NCBI GenBank assembly: GCA_002245135.1
Contig: NGBS01000632.1
Coordinates: 1-32,473 of the forward strand
Length of the DNA stretch: 32,473 bases
Origin: Proteromonas lacertae
Lineage: Eukaryota
Direction: 5' to 3'
The notes under the pieces are model-generated. The model did no database searches, was not told where the DNA came from, and saw nothing but the letters and a program-made list of their open reading frames with translations. Made by a program: the position numbers and the translations under genes. This document shows positions 7,401-20,710 of the stretch, piece after piece (the stretch's first letter is position 1; every line of letters starts with the position of its first letter).

Positions 7401-10400
7401 TGGAGATGTAGATTTAATAAATATGATTATTGTGATAATGTAATTAAAGGCATAACAAGTTCTAGAATTGAAATTCCAAGCAGAAGCTTAGAAGTTGGAG
7501 TATATGAATTAAGTGTTGGTATAACAGGTATTGAAATTCCTTATTCTAAGACATTTATAAGAGATATTAAAGAGTTGCCTTTCTCTTTATTTATTAAAAA
7601 TCTAAATTCAAATGCAACTGCATTTAGTCCAAATGATATGTTTCAGTTAAAAGTTATTATATCAATTAATAGTAATGAAGTTAAATATAAATGGATTTAT
7701 TCAAATGATGAAAATGTTAATCCATTTATAGGCAAAACTAATTCTAATATAGTGAATATAAATTGTGGGGTTTTAAATCCATCAATTACTTCTCACAGAA
7801 TAACATTAGAAATAATATATAATGGTGTTAAAGTAGACTCATATTACGAATTTAAAGTTAATGAAGGACCAATATTTGGTTTTTTATATTCATCAACATT
7901 AGAATACAAATTTGGTGATAATATACTATTATCAACATTCGGTTGGAAAGGAGTAAAAGATGTTGAACAATTTAGTTATAGATTTGGTGTAATTGTGGAT
8001 AATTCAACATATTATCTACAAGCTGTGTTTGGACTAGCATGTTACTATTTTGGACCATTACCACTAGGTTCAAAACAATATAATTATACTTTAACTCCTA
8101 TTGTGTTTGTGAAAGATAAATTTGGTGCAGTATCAAATTCAACTTTAGATAAGAATGGTGATGTTATTCAAATATATTCTCCTCCTTTAGAACTAGATGA
8201 TTTATCAACAATAACTGATGATTTAAAGAGTGTAATAGATGATTTAAAAAACGAAAAATATTATGACTATTTATATCCAATTATTGAAGGAATATCCTCA
8301 CAAATGAAAATGAAAAGTTGTGAGTATATAATGTGTGAAAATAATGCTGAATGCTATGATGGTCATTGTCAATGTTTAGAAGGATTCTATGGTGAATTAT
8401 GTGAAAATCGAATTCCAATTGATGGTGGATTAAGTTTAACTTATACTTATGGTGAATGTGATCATAAATGTGGCCTTGGATTAAGACCAAAATGGAAAGA
8501 GTGTAACTATCCAAAACCGGAATATGGTGGAAAAGAGTGTAAAATTATTGTTGAATATGAAATATGCATTGGTGAAGATGGATATGACTGCGTTGATATG
8601 GATGGAAAATGGACTGAATGGAGTAGTTGGGGTGATTGTAATTCAATTTGTGATGTTTATGATGGAAAAAGAAAATATGGAATTAAAACAAGTAGTAGAA
8701 ATTGTACAAATCCAAAACCATCAGGAAATGGTATAAATTGTGTTGGTGAAAGTATTAGAAGTGAAGAATGTTATATAGTATGTGAATCTGTTAGAAAATT
8801 ATGTCCAGGTGAATATTTATCAAGAAATGGAACAATAGTTGGAAATAAATGCAGTAATAAAGGAACTTGTGTTGTTAGTAGAAATGGATGTAAAGAATAT
8901 GAACCGAATTGTCATAGTAAATGTAAATGCGATAATGGATTTAAAGGTGAAAAATGTGAATATTTAGAAAGTGAATATGATATTAGATTGAATTTAAATA
9001 AAATATTGTTAGATGGTATGATAGAAGCTTCAAAGAATAATGTGTTAGTATATGATTCAATTGACCAATATTCTTCTGTATTATTATCCGTAATAAATCC
9101 TCCAGATCAATTAACTCTAGAAAATAAAACCTCTACAATATCAATAATAAAATCTACAATTAATCTGTTGAAAGAAAATTGTTCCAACGAATTATCATAT
9201 GAATCAATAGCTAATTATTTGAAAACAACTTCATTGTTATTGAAAGATGAATGGAAAGATAGAAAAGAGGATAATTCAAGGTTGCTTGAAACATCAACTG
9301 TAATAGGTAAACAATTACCAGAGATATTCAATGATATAAGTGAAATACATTTAAATCAAGATAAATCAATGATTCCTATAGAAGTTAATACTAATATGTT
9401 TAGTTTCAAATCAATAAAGTATGATGGAAGTATTGATTTAAATGAGGTAGGATATTCAGTCAAATTTCCAGATTCAATATTAGGAAAAGTCGGAGAAACA
9501 AATGAAATATCAATAATTGATTGATTAGATAATCCAAATGAAGATGATTTTGAATTAAGTAATAGAACTGCAGGAGTAACAACAATCTCAATAATGGATA
9601 AAGAAGAAGAAAAGAAGATGGATAGTTTAAAACAACCAATATATTTCATTCAAAGATTGAATGATAATGCTACTTTAAGAAATGTTGAATGTACTTATTA
9701 TATAGATGGCGAATTATTATCAAAAGGTTTAATAGTAATGGGAATAACTGGTGATGAAAAAGGGAATAAATATGTTCTATGTGCTTCTGTTCATTTAAGT
9801 GATTTTTCAACTAGAAAGAAATCTATATTACCAAAAATGAATTTAGTAAATCCAATCAGTGATGCGAAATTATTAGGTAATTATAATAAAGATAATATGG
9901 TAGTTCCTATAGTATTAGGAAGTGTGATACTGATATGTATTATTGCATGGACTTTTACTAAATTCAAAGATTTAAGTGAATATGCAGCATTAGAAACATA
10001 CAAAAGTGATTATTTTAAATTAACAGGAAGATTAGATGACAAAGAAACAGATTGTATTAAGATAGAAAAGAAGCGAAAGAACATATTCCAGAAATTTTGG
10101 GATATTTTGATAGATGAACATAGTTGGTTATCACCACAGTTAGGTCCAACTGAAAGATTAATAGTAATCAATAGAAGTCAAAGAATTTTATGTTTGACTG
10201 CTCAAATATTGACTTCTACAGCTGTAAGCGCATTATTCTTTGGTAATAATGCTGACAATACATCACAGTTAGCAATGACTTCAATAATATCTTGTTTATG
10301 TATGTTACCTGCTACAATATTCATTCCTAGTATATATAAACTTGCAAATGGTTATAGTTCAAAAAAATCTTCAAGAAAAACAGTATCTAAATCCATAATT

Positions 10401-11419
10401 ATTTTAAATAAAATAAGAAGATCAATAAATGGTTTTAAAAAAAGAAGTCAAGTATGTATATGATGAAAGTTTTACTATTGATAACAGATCTTGTGTTTGA
10501 TGGATTGAGTGCCTGTTTCTTTATATCGTTTATGGCAATATTGCCGCCTGGTTATATTACTTTGGTATTGTTCATCATTTATGTTGTGTTTATTATTGAA
10601 ACAGTAGCAAATATTATAATTTCAAATGAGAAAAATATTAAATTTTTCTTTATAATAGTATTAGTAAATATGATTATATTGCTGTTATATGTCAATTTAT
10701 TCATTTTATATGTGCTTTACATGGGTGATTCATCAGTGGCATATTCAATATGGAAGAATTGTTATAATGGTGGAGTATTACAAGATATTAATGAATATAT
10801 AGAAAATAATTTAGAATGTTGTGGTTTTAAATTGATTAATGATTATAATACAACTGACTGTACTGCTCCAAAGATAATTGCATTAGGTATAGATCTTACT
10901 GGATGCAAATTCTTATTAGTTGATAAATTCAAGCAATATGCTGCTTTGTGGCTGATATATTTTAGTATTAGTTTAATTTTAGTGTTGATGAAAATTGTTT
11001 GTTTAGTTAGATTATCGTTTGTTAAATATAATACCGTAGCTGTAGATATAGAGTCTAAAGATTTAAATGAAAAATATAAAAATGATTCAATATCAAAAGA
11101 ATCAGCAGATAAAATAAAATGCATGATGAAATACAGCGTTACAAGAATGTATTATAAAAGGAAGATTGAATATCTACATTTAAAAAGACAAAGAAGAATA
11201 AGAGCTGGGTTGATAATATTAGCAAATTCATTTGTGTTTTTGTACATTTTAATAATGGTTTATATCAATTTGTTATATGGAGTGAAATTCAGTAGTGATC
11301 AAGCTACACAATGGATATTGAGTTCAGTAATTTCTATGGTTATAAATGTAGTAATACAAGAACCTTCAATGATATTGTTATCAACAGTAGCATCAACAAC
11401 AATTGGATCTCTTTTTTAG
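4420..11419 (+). CDS. Giant polycystin-1-like (REJ / EGF / TSP1 / GPS, multi-TM) receptor, about 2300 aa, with one in-frame TGA at 9522-9524
   Basis: ATG at 4420 plus intron 4439-4473 gives a signal peptide. Features: REJ-like beta repeats (YNWS, YNWRC, YKW, NEGPIFG), EGF repeats, TSP1 (WTEWSSWGDC...RNCTNPKP), GPS (CASVHLSDF), TM, HSWLS...RSQRILCL...SALFF and terminal YGVKF...WILS...QEP segments. ORFs 4479 and 9594 are in the same frame. A probable intron at 10456-10487 joins ORF 10454. Confidence 0.8.
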
Positions 11420-11469
11420 ATTTATTATTATTATTAAACTCATTTTGTTATATATATTGTTTTTGTTAT

Positions 11470-12084
11470 GATGATCATGTGTGTTTTGCAATTCTTTTGT
11501 AGATGAAATTCTACCATCAATCGTGCCATGTAATACTAAGGTATTCTAATTATTTTATATATTTAGATAAAAGAAAGGGTAGATATGAGTAATAATGAAG
11601 TATCTTTTGTTGTACAACATCAAAAATGTGTTAGTATGTTTAAAGTCCTTAATATCTATGGAATAAAAGAAAATACAATACTCAGCTTCAAAGAGAAAAA
11701 TACATTACCATTACCATTAAATTATTCTATATCGTTCATCTCTCCTTCGAAAATGTTTTAAGTTGATAGTGATAGTGAACAGATATTGGAATAAGTGAAA
11801 AGGGATTAACAATTCTAATCGAAAGATTAAACAATTATAAAAAATTAAAAATATTAGACTGTGAAGGATGTATATTAAATGAAGTTGGAATAAGAATAAT
11901 TACTAAAAACAAAGAAATATTTGAGAATCTTCATTACTTGGCAATAACAATAAAAGAGAATGTAGATATAATGGAATTAAAATCATTCTTAAAGTCATTT
12001 TCATCAATTACGACAATACAATAAAAAGGAATGAAAGAAGAATTAAAGACTGAATTATCTAGAGAATTCACAAATAAAACCTAA
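11470..12084 (+). pseudogene. Decayed leucine-rich-repeat gene fragment
   Basis: Intron-like 11541-11566. The frame ...IGISEKGLTILIERLNNYKKLKILDCEGCILNEVGIRII...FENLHYLAI is LRR-like but interrupted by stops and a frameshift, and has no in-frame ATG. Confidence 0.45.
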
Positions 12085-12159
12085 TTATATATTATTGTAA
12101 TATGTTATTATATTATGGTTTCATTTTTATTTAAATAATAAAACAACATAATACAATAA

Positions 12160-12633
12160 TTAATACATACTTGATAAAAAGACTGGAATATCTTGTTTAT
12201 CTTCCTCAAAAATCCTTTTCAACTCTTTAACTAAATTTGCATTTATCTTTTTATCAACATAAGATGTTACAACCCCTATTTTATCTCTTCTTCCACACAC
12301 ACTACTTTGATAAATATAATCATCAATAGTTAATGGGAAATCAAAATTTATAACTTGATTCACATTAGGCAGATGATAATAACCATTCAATTCGTTATTA
12401 ATGATTAATATTTCATATTTACCATCTCTAAAATCATCAAGCAACAATTCACATTTTTCTTTGGGGACTTCTTTGTCTACATATACAAAACTCATTTTCA
12501 TTTCCTCAAAATAGTTTGGTAATTGTAAAACATATTCATATGGGTTCACAAATATAATAGTTGGAGGGGGAGTCTTTGTTAATGTAGTTAAAATATACTT
12601 CAATTTATTGATATTTCCTAACCTCTCTATCTA

Positions 12634-12664
<31 letters not shown>

Positions 12665-13593
12665 CTTCATGTTTTGCATTAACACTTATTAAACTATTAC
12701 TACAATAATCAATACGACTACAATTAGGAATACATAACTTAATATATTCCTCTATTACATCATTCATCTCTGTTGTACAACTAACCACTTGAACATCATC
12801 ATAAATGTGTTTAAATAAACTTTTGACCGTTTCAAAATCACTTATAGTTATTAAACGATTAATATCTGTAATAAATACAGTTTGTAATTGATGAAATTTG
12901 ATTGTATTCTTTGAGATATGTTGTAACAGTCTTCCTATTGTACAAATAATTATATCATTTCCTTCTCTTATATTAACCTCTTGTTCTTCAACACTTTCTC
13001 CACCAATACATACACTCATTCTTATATTTTTTAACTTTGATTTTAATTCTAAGTTCATTTTAGAGATGAATTTATAATAATTCTTTGCTTCTTCTTTTGA
13101 TAGACAGATTATTATTATAAATGGACCTTCATTCTTTTCAATTGTCATTTTCATCTCATTTTCAACACTTAACAGATATGAACCTAATTTTATTGACAGA
13201 CTCTTACCACAAAATCTATTCCCTTTGATTATTACATTTTCATGGTTAAGAATAGAAGGTATTAGTTGACTTTCAACTGGTGTAGGTCTACATATATCCA
13301 AATTCTGTAAATAATCAGTTAAACATCTGGGAAACCTCATTAATTCAAACAAACGTAAAACATTAGTAATATTTTCGTTACCAGTGACATTAAGATGTAA
13401 ATAAGATCTGATTTTCTATTAATGTATATTAATAAAAATAAAATACATCATTTTCTCTGGAAGAAACTTCATATTCAGCTAATGGTTCCCAATGAACTAG
13501 CTTTATTCTTTTATCTTCATCATGCATATTATTTTCATTGTCTTTTCTATTTTCTTTGTTGTACTTTTCTTGACTGTTTGATTTTCTCTTCAT
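12160..13593 (-). CDS. Divergent DDX41/Abstrakt-like DEAD-box helicase with degenerate catalytic motifs
   Basis: ATG at 13593; introns 13446-13416 and 12665-12631. DDX41-like segments FELMRFP, PTPVESQ, EGPFIIIIC, CIGG, LTKTPPPTIIF and VINFDFP are present. Confidence 0.8.
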
Positions 13594-13834
13594 AAATGAT
13601 TTTTTAATGAGTTGGTGTTCCGAAAGTTTCGGTAACAAAAATTGAAATTATGTGAATAACAATCTGTTTATGTTAATGCTGCTATAAAATTTATTTATAC
13701 GATGTTTTGTATCTATAACTATTGAATTGAATGAGATTTTTGTGTTTTTGTTTAAATGAAGCTTGAGTAGGCTTGACATTAATCATTTTTGAATTTAAGC
13801 GAAGTTGGTTAATTAAAGCCATATCAATAATTTC

Positions 13835-16015
13835 ATGAAAATGATTGAACCTTTTAAAAGTAGTCATATCAAATTTTATTTATAGATGGAGTAAATTATG
13901 TTGGTCAACTTAACGATGCAATATCAGCTAAATCAATTCCTGATTGCAGTCCAGAGTATATTTTATCAATCACATTATTAGGTTTGAACCAGAAATATTC
14001 ATCAATGGAAGAAGACATTTTGTGTGTGACTACTGTTTTAAAAACGGAAAAAGAATAGTTTCAGATCCTCAAACTAAGAAACAACAAGCAAAACACGTAT
14101 ACGATATTGTGTTATTAATTATTGGATTAGAATGCAGCATATAAAGTATTATGTGAATTTAAAGCAATAAAAGACAAGCCAAGTATATACATTAATATAC
14201 TTATATATTTATTTAGTTGATAATTCATTATATGAACAAGCAATGAAATATTATCACAATAAGAAATATATTCAAACCATTCATTATTTAAACATATTAA
14301 TAGATGAAAAGAGAATAGAAAATCACTTGTATTACTATTACAGAGCTGATTGTTATTTCCATATTAAAGATTATGATAGTTCTATTACAGATTGTTTGTT
14401 AGTATTGAATATTTCTATTATAATATAATAATAATAGTGTATTAAATTAAATGAAAATTATTCTGAAGTATATATACTGCTACAGAATGTATATTGTTAC
14501 ATCGGTCTATTTAATAAAGCTAAAACTTTAATTGAAGGATATATCTTAAAATACAGTAGAAATTCACAAATAGAATCAGCATCAGTAAAGATCAAAGAGA
14601 CAATGGAATTAATAGAGAAATTTAAGTCAATATATAAAAGTTCAGTGGATACAAGAAGGAAATTAGTCCAATTAGATTCAATATTTGAAAAGTTAGAGAA
14701 ATTCTATCCAGATTCTATATATTTAAAATTATTAGAATGTCAATTATTTGAATTGAAAGATGAATCTTATGAGATTAAAGATATATTAATGGAATTTTAC
14801 AATTATCCAGTAACACCATATTCGGTTGAAATATTGAAATTAATTGGAAAGTGCAATTTATTAATTGGTAATTTGAATAAAGCATTGAAAATATACAGAT
14901 CTGTAAAAGGAGTTGATCCAACATGTAAAAGTAATAAAACAAAGAATATATCATTATTAATATCAGAAATGAAAGATTGTGAAAAAGTAACATCCATTGA
15001 TTCAATGAAAGGAATAGCAAAATATACAAATTTAATCTCAACCAATAAACTAGTATTGAAATACAGAAAAATAAAAATGGAATTAATATCTAAAAGATCA
15101 CAAATTTATTATAAATTAAAGAAGTATGAAGATTGTATTGAAGATTGTAACATGGTGTTAGATATTGATGAATATGATAGTTGTGCCAATTATTATAAAT
15201 ATTTATGTTATTTTGATAAAAAGGAATATAGTAGATATGAAGAAGCTCTTGAAATATTAAATGAAGTAAACAACATGGATGATGATAACGATTATTATGA
15301 TGATATTAATGAATTGTTAATAAAAATACAGGCAGAGATGAGGAGAAGGAGAACAAATGAAAGACAACAACAACAACAACAACAACAACATTACAATGAC
15401 AGTAATAGAAATAGAAATAAAAGAATGGAAGAAGAAGAAGATGATGATAATGATGATAAAGATCATAATTCTAAAAAATCTAAAGATTATTATGAATTAT
15501 TAGGTTTAAAAAGAGAAGCAAGTGAAGATGAAATACGTAAGGCATATATGAAATTAGCCAAGAAATGGCATCCTGATCGACATAGTAATGAATCTGAAGA
15601 AGAACAGAAAACTGCTACTGAGAAGTTTAAAGAAATATCACAAGCATATAGTGTATTGAGTGATACTGAAAAGAGACAGCATTATGATATGTTTGGAGAT
15701 GATAATGAGGATGATGGAAGAAGTGAAGAATTTGCTAATGTTTCATTGGAAGAACTAATGATGATGATGTTTGGTATGAATTTATTTGGTGGAGGAATGG
15801 GAGGAGGAGGTAGAAGAGGTGGATTTCAGAGAGAAATGAGTCCTCTTGATATGTTGTTTGGAATGGGAGGTATGGGTGGTATGGGATTTGGCGGAATGGG
15901 AATGGGATTTGGAGGTGGCTTTGGTGGAATGGATTATGATTATGACGATGATGATGGTTTTATATATGTTGGAGATGATAGTGATGATGATTATGATGAT
16001 GATGATTACTTTTAA
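13835..16015 (+). CDS. TPR + J-domain co-chaperone (DNAJC7/DNAJC3-like) with an N-terminal dsRBD-like domain
   Basis: Introns at 13860-13885, 13956-13981, 14097-14130, 14183-14216 and about 14402-14437. TPR-like helices; J domain DYYELLG...KWHPD...[16 protein letters not shown]-rich and acidic tail. Confidence 0.85.
15365..15388 (+). repeat. (CAA)n coding microsatellite, poly-Gln
   Basis: Eight CAA codons in the linker between the TPR region and the J domain. Confidence 0.9.
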
Positions 16016-16123
16016 ATTTAATATTGCTTACATTATTCATTTTATACTTTTGAAATGGGTTATTGAAAAACTCAAACTGTCAAACCTAATTCAAACTTTT
16101 TTTATTCTTCTTTTTGAAATAAA

Positions 16124-17843
16124 ATGTCTAAGCTGCTAAAAATGGCAGGCCAATTTTTAGATTCTGTAGATAAAGAAGCTGGCCAAATGTTGAAAAGTAT
16201 TTTCTGTTTCTTATACAATTAGATGAAAATACAGGTGCAACTTACAATCCAATACCATATACATCTCCAAGGTATTTTCATATTTCAAATATTGTTATAG
16301 AACTGGACTGAATAAAAGTCAATTAAAAGAATCTGATGTTAAAGATACATACAAAGAACCATATGTTCCTTTGGAAGTATTCTCAAATATAAAATATAAT
16401 ATGAATAGAAAAGAAAGGAAAAAGAAGTACCAGTAGAAGATGGAGTATATTGATAATATTTATTCATTTAATGATTAGCAAACATCTACAGTAATGTTAG
16501 GAAATGAAGAACTATTAAAAGAGCTTGAAGCGGTAGAAAAGAGATTAATTGTAACAGAATATAACTACGATCAAACAGTAGAAGAATGTAAAGAATACAA
16601 AAACAAATATACTCAAGTACTGTTAGAAAGAAAGACTTTAGAAGAAGCCAATAAAATGTTAGAATCAAAAATAAAAGAATTAAAGAAAGAATTAAACAAA
16701 TTAACAGAAGAAAGAGAAAATACAACAAAATCGTTAATCAATGAAAAGGATACTCTTGATAAAAACTATAATAGTGAAATGAAAATGAAGTATTATATAT
16801 TATTATATATATATATATAATAGAGAAGAAGAAATAAATCAATTACAAGAAACTTCAACAACTTATTTAAAAACAATCGAACAGCAATCTGAATTATATA
16901 CAACAATAGATGAATATAAAAGGCATGAAGCAGAATATCAAACGACTATTATATCCCAGAAGAACAAAATATCTGATTTAGAAACATTATTATCAAATAG
17001 AGTATAATTATAGAGTATATATTATTTATTTAGAATCATGATATTGAATCATATATGGAACAAATTGATACTTTAGAGTCTGAAAAAGAGAGTTTATATA
17101 AGGAAATATCAAATTTTAAGAGTTTATTGCAAGAAGAGAATGAGAATAATACTGTATATAAATATATATATGTATATATGTAGAAAATAAAGCAAGATTA
17201 TCGATTATTAACAGATAATTACCATAATCTCCAATATGAATATAAAAACTTAGAAATAAAATATAATACTGCAAATGAAGAGTATTCAAAACAAATCACT
17301 GAATTGAATGAAAAGCTAATCTCAATTCCATCATCATCAACAACAATACCAAGTTATTTACACGAGCCAAACCCTGAACAATCCAAAACAATAAATGAAT
17401 TAAAAGAACAGATAAAAGTACTACAACACTCTGTGATGCAAAAACAGAGAGATATAGATTCAATATCTAGTGAAAGATCAATTTTAGAAGATAGAAATAG
17501 GCATTTAACTGATGAGTTATATAGAGTGAATAAACAGTATAAAGATCCAGAATCTTTAGAATATAATTCTTCTTCATCATCTTCTAAAAGAAGTATTGTT
17601 CCATTATCAAGTCTATGTCCAAATGCCTCTCCTTCCTTGAAAAGAGTATTGTTATTTATGTTTATAACATGTTTATAGAATATAAATGTATTAGATGCTA
17701 TTGTATTGAAAGTATCATCTTTATTTCAAAGAATTCCTTTAATGAGATTGGGATGTTTGTTATATCTAGCAATTTTGCATTTGTTCTTATTCGTTTATAT
17801 GTTTTTCCAAACTAATAATCTTGATACTGGAAATGAAAAATAA
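16124..17843 (+). CDS. Golgin-84 (GOLGA5)-like coiled-coil tail-anchored protein, multi-exon
   Basis: N-terminus MSKLLKMAGQFLDSVDKEA, long coiled coil, and C-terminal LDAIVLKVSSLFQRIPLMRLGCLLYLAILHLFLFVYMF TM signature; several short GT-AG introns. Confidence 0.75.
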
Positions 17844-17939
17844 ATTTAAGTATTTCTTCATTTTTATAAATGTGTTGTTGTAATTGGAATAAAACAAAAG
17901 AATAATAATAAGAAAAATATAGAGAGAATGTTTATGAAT

Positions 17940-20076
17940 TTATTTAGATGTAAAAATTTTATACCAAATGAATATTCCATTAATAAAAAGAGGTGATAAA
18001 AATGACCAAGGAAACATCATCAAACTCCATAATAAAATAATACCTACACTTCCTATAATCATTAAAATAATAGCTAATATTTTCACCACTTTAAACATAT
18101 ATTTCACAACAGAAGTTGATATTGAATTTATATCATTTTTATTATTACAGAATAACAAATAAAACAAGGATGGAATATATATTGCAATAGCCAAAGCAGT
18201 ATTCCAACAACTTCCATCAATAGTACCACTTAATATTCCTTTATAAATGAAATAACTACCAAATTTCCCCCATAAATAACCATATTCATCATTCAAATCA
18301 TCAAATAATATTGGACCAAATGGAATATACATTAATAAATAATAGAAATAATATAACAAGTGTTTGGTATTGTAAAATTTTAAACTTCGATATATTACAT
18401 AATTGAGTAATTCTTTTAATATATTGTTATTAACAACCCACTTTGGATAATCCAATATCTCAATTAAATCATTTCTATATCTTATTAAACTCTATTATAA
18501 TAATATAAATATGAATATTTATACTTTTTCAAATGTTTCTTTATGATCAAATTTTACTGATAGTTTTTTATTCCAACTAATCATTATTAAGAAAAATATC
18601 CAAAATAATATTTCCATAATATCAAAGCCAATTCGAGGAATTAAATGAAAATAAGTTGTCATAAATAAAGTTGCAAAACCTTCCTTATATAATTCACTAT
18701 CTTCACCATTTAAACTGAAATATTGTGATGATTTCACACATTTAGAATCAACACATACTTCAATTTCTAATAAATGTTTTCCTTTTAAATACTTCTGATT
18801 TGGATATTTCATTGAATAAATGTTCTTCTCATTCCTTAATTCACCTTTTATCTCTTCATTATCAATTCTTACTGTTATTTTCTTATTCTTCATTTCACCA
18901 AATACCAAAAATCGAATAATTCCTGAATTCTTCATTCTACATAATGGTTCTGTTTCACTTACGAATTCCATATTTTTAGGACTTAATATCAATATTGTAG
19001 GTTTAGCTAAATAAGTATTAATATCAGTATCTACAAATGATATTAAATCATTATCAATTCCATAAATTCGAAAACTATTCATTTATAATAATAATAATAA
19101 CTGTAATATATATACTGTCCATGTAGTTTAAAATCTCTCATTTCCATTTCCCAATATGGAGAAACATTTCTATGTTTCTAAATAATAATAATATTAATAA
19201 ATATACAGCAATAAAAGGAGCTAAACCACCATGCATATGTCCTAATATATAAATTGACACTTTATGAGATGATAATATTGTCATTAAATCATTTCCTTTA
19301 CTACTTTTCATTGATATATCAGTCATTCTAATAGGATGATGAACAAATATGAATGTATGATTAGCAGGCTTATCTAATAATAATTCCAATTTATCTAATC
19401 TTTCTTTTGTCATTAAACCAAAGGTTGCAATCATTAAAGATCCACCTATTTTAATTAATAATAATAATAATATATATAATATACATTGATTACTAGTAGT
19501 ATCCATTCCAATAAAATGATAAGAACCGTGACTTGTATTTTTATAAAAATCATACACTTCTCCTCTTTTAAATTTACCTGTTACAGAATAATCATAAAAG
19601 TAATTTGTATTCTTGTTTTTTACACAATCATGATTGCCTTTCACATCATACCAATAACTTGAATTGTATAAATTATGCTCAGTCAAGAATTCTTCATATT
19701 CTTCCCATTCTTTCAAGATAGGATGTACTAAAATGATGTAAATGATTTAATAATACTTTGAACAAACGGAGCAATTCCATTACTAATATCTCCAGTAGCA
19801 ACGACGTGAGATGGATTTATTGATGGCAATACCTTATCTCCAAATAATTTGAGTTTTCTATATTGATCAGCTCGTTCAATTTCTTGAAGATGAATATCTG
19901 ATATTTGAATGAACCACAGGAGATCATCATTATTTTCATCTAAAAAATAAAAATTTAATAGAAAAAAATAAAATACTAAAGTGACAGTCATCTTTTCTAA
20001 GATTATTTTGCCATGGATGAGGTAGAGAATTAGAAAATGTAATGAAATAGCATAAGATGAAAAAAGAACACTTCAT
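17940..20076 (-). CDS. TMEM62: TMEM62-like metallophosphoesterase membrane protein, multi-exon
   Basis: Signal peptide from ATG 20076; calcineurin-like motifs QISDIH, ATGDIS, KGNHD, FVHHP and GHMH; multi-TM C-terminus. Confidence 0.8.
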
Positions 20077-20134
20077 ATTCAAAATATTCTAAAACTGAAA
20101 CGATCAAAAATTCAAAAACGTTTTTATTTTTTAA

Positions 20135-20710
20135 ATGAATGATAGAGATTCATCAGATTCAGATGAAGTATATATTTTAATATATGTGACAATCTAGATT
20201 CCAGAGATTGTAATGACTGTAGTAAAAGATTTACAGAATCAGATTAGAAGAGCAAATAGAGAATTAAATGATATACAATTGAAACTGAATAATTTAGAGA
20301 ATTCCGATAGACTAAATGCTGAAGACTCAATAGAACAGTTTGATACTCTTTCTGAATTAGTTAGTCTTAGAGAGAAAGAAACTGATTTAACAAAAAAAAT
20401 AGCTAGGCTACATAATGATTTAGTTAATTTAATGGATGGTAAATCAATCCTTCCAGAAATTGAACCAGGACATAATATGAACGAAATGTATAACTCACAA
20501 AATAGTAGTGCAATTAAATCATCGGAAATAAGAAAAGCAGATTTTGATAAATCAACCATTGTGAAGAAGAAAAGTTCAAAAAGAATAGTATTTTCATTTT
20601 ATTAATTTTTATTTTAGAGCCGATTAGATTCAATATCTGAATCTCCTGAACATGCTTCTACAATCAGTATGACTACTGAATCAAAATCAACCACATGTTG
20701 TATACAGTAA
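20135..20710 (+). CDS. Small coiled-coil protein with C-terminal CaaX (TTCCIQ)
   Basis: ATG at 20135, two short introns (about 20168-20197 and about 20588-20617); the spliced product ends ESKSTTCCIQ-stop. Confidence 0.7.

Noticed and set aside
9522..9524. Genome-wide alternative genetic code (UGA=Trp, or UAA/UAG=Gln)
   Set aside because: TGG encodes Trp throughout the long ORFs, only one such TGA was seen, and conserved genes end at TAA/TAG. In-frame TAAs occur only in introns or decayed remnants.
12637..12664. (TA)n tracts here and near 16805 and 23565
   Set aside because: Simple microsatellites inside short introns; no evidence of further function.
15780..16010. GGA/GGT/ATG- and GAT-rich repeats
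   Set aside because: Explained by the G/F/M-rich and acidic low-complexity tail common in J-domain proteins.
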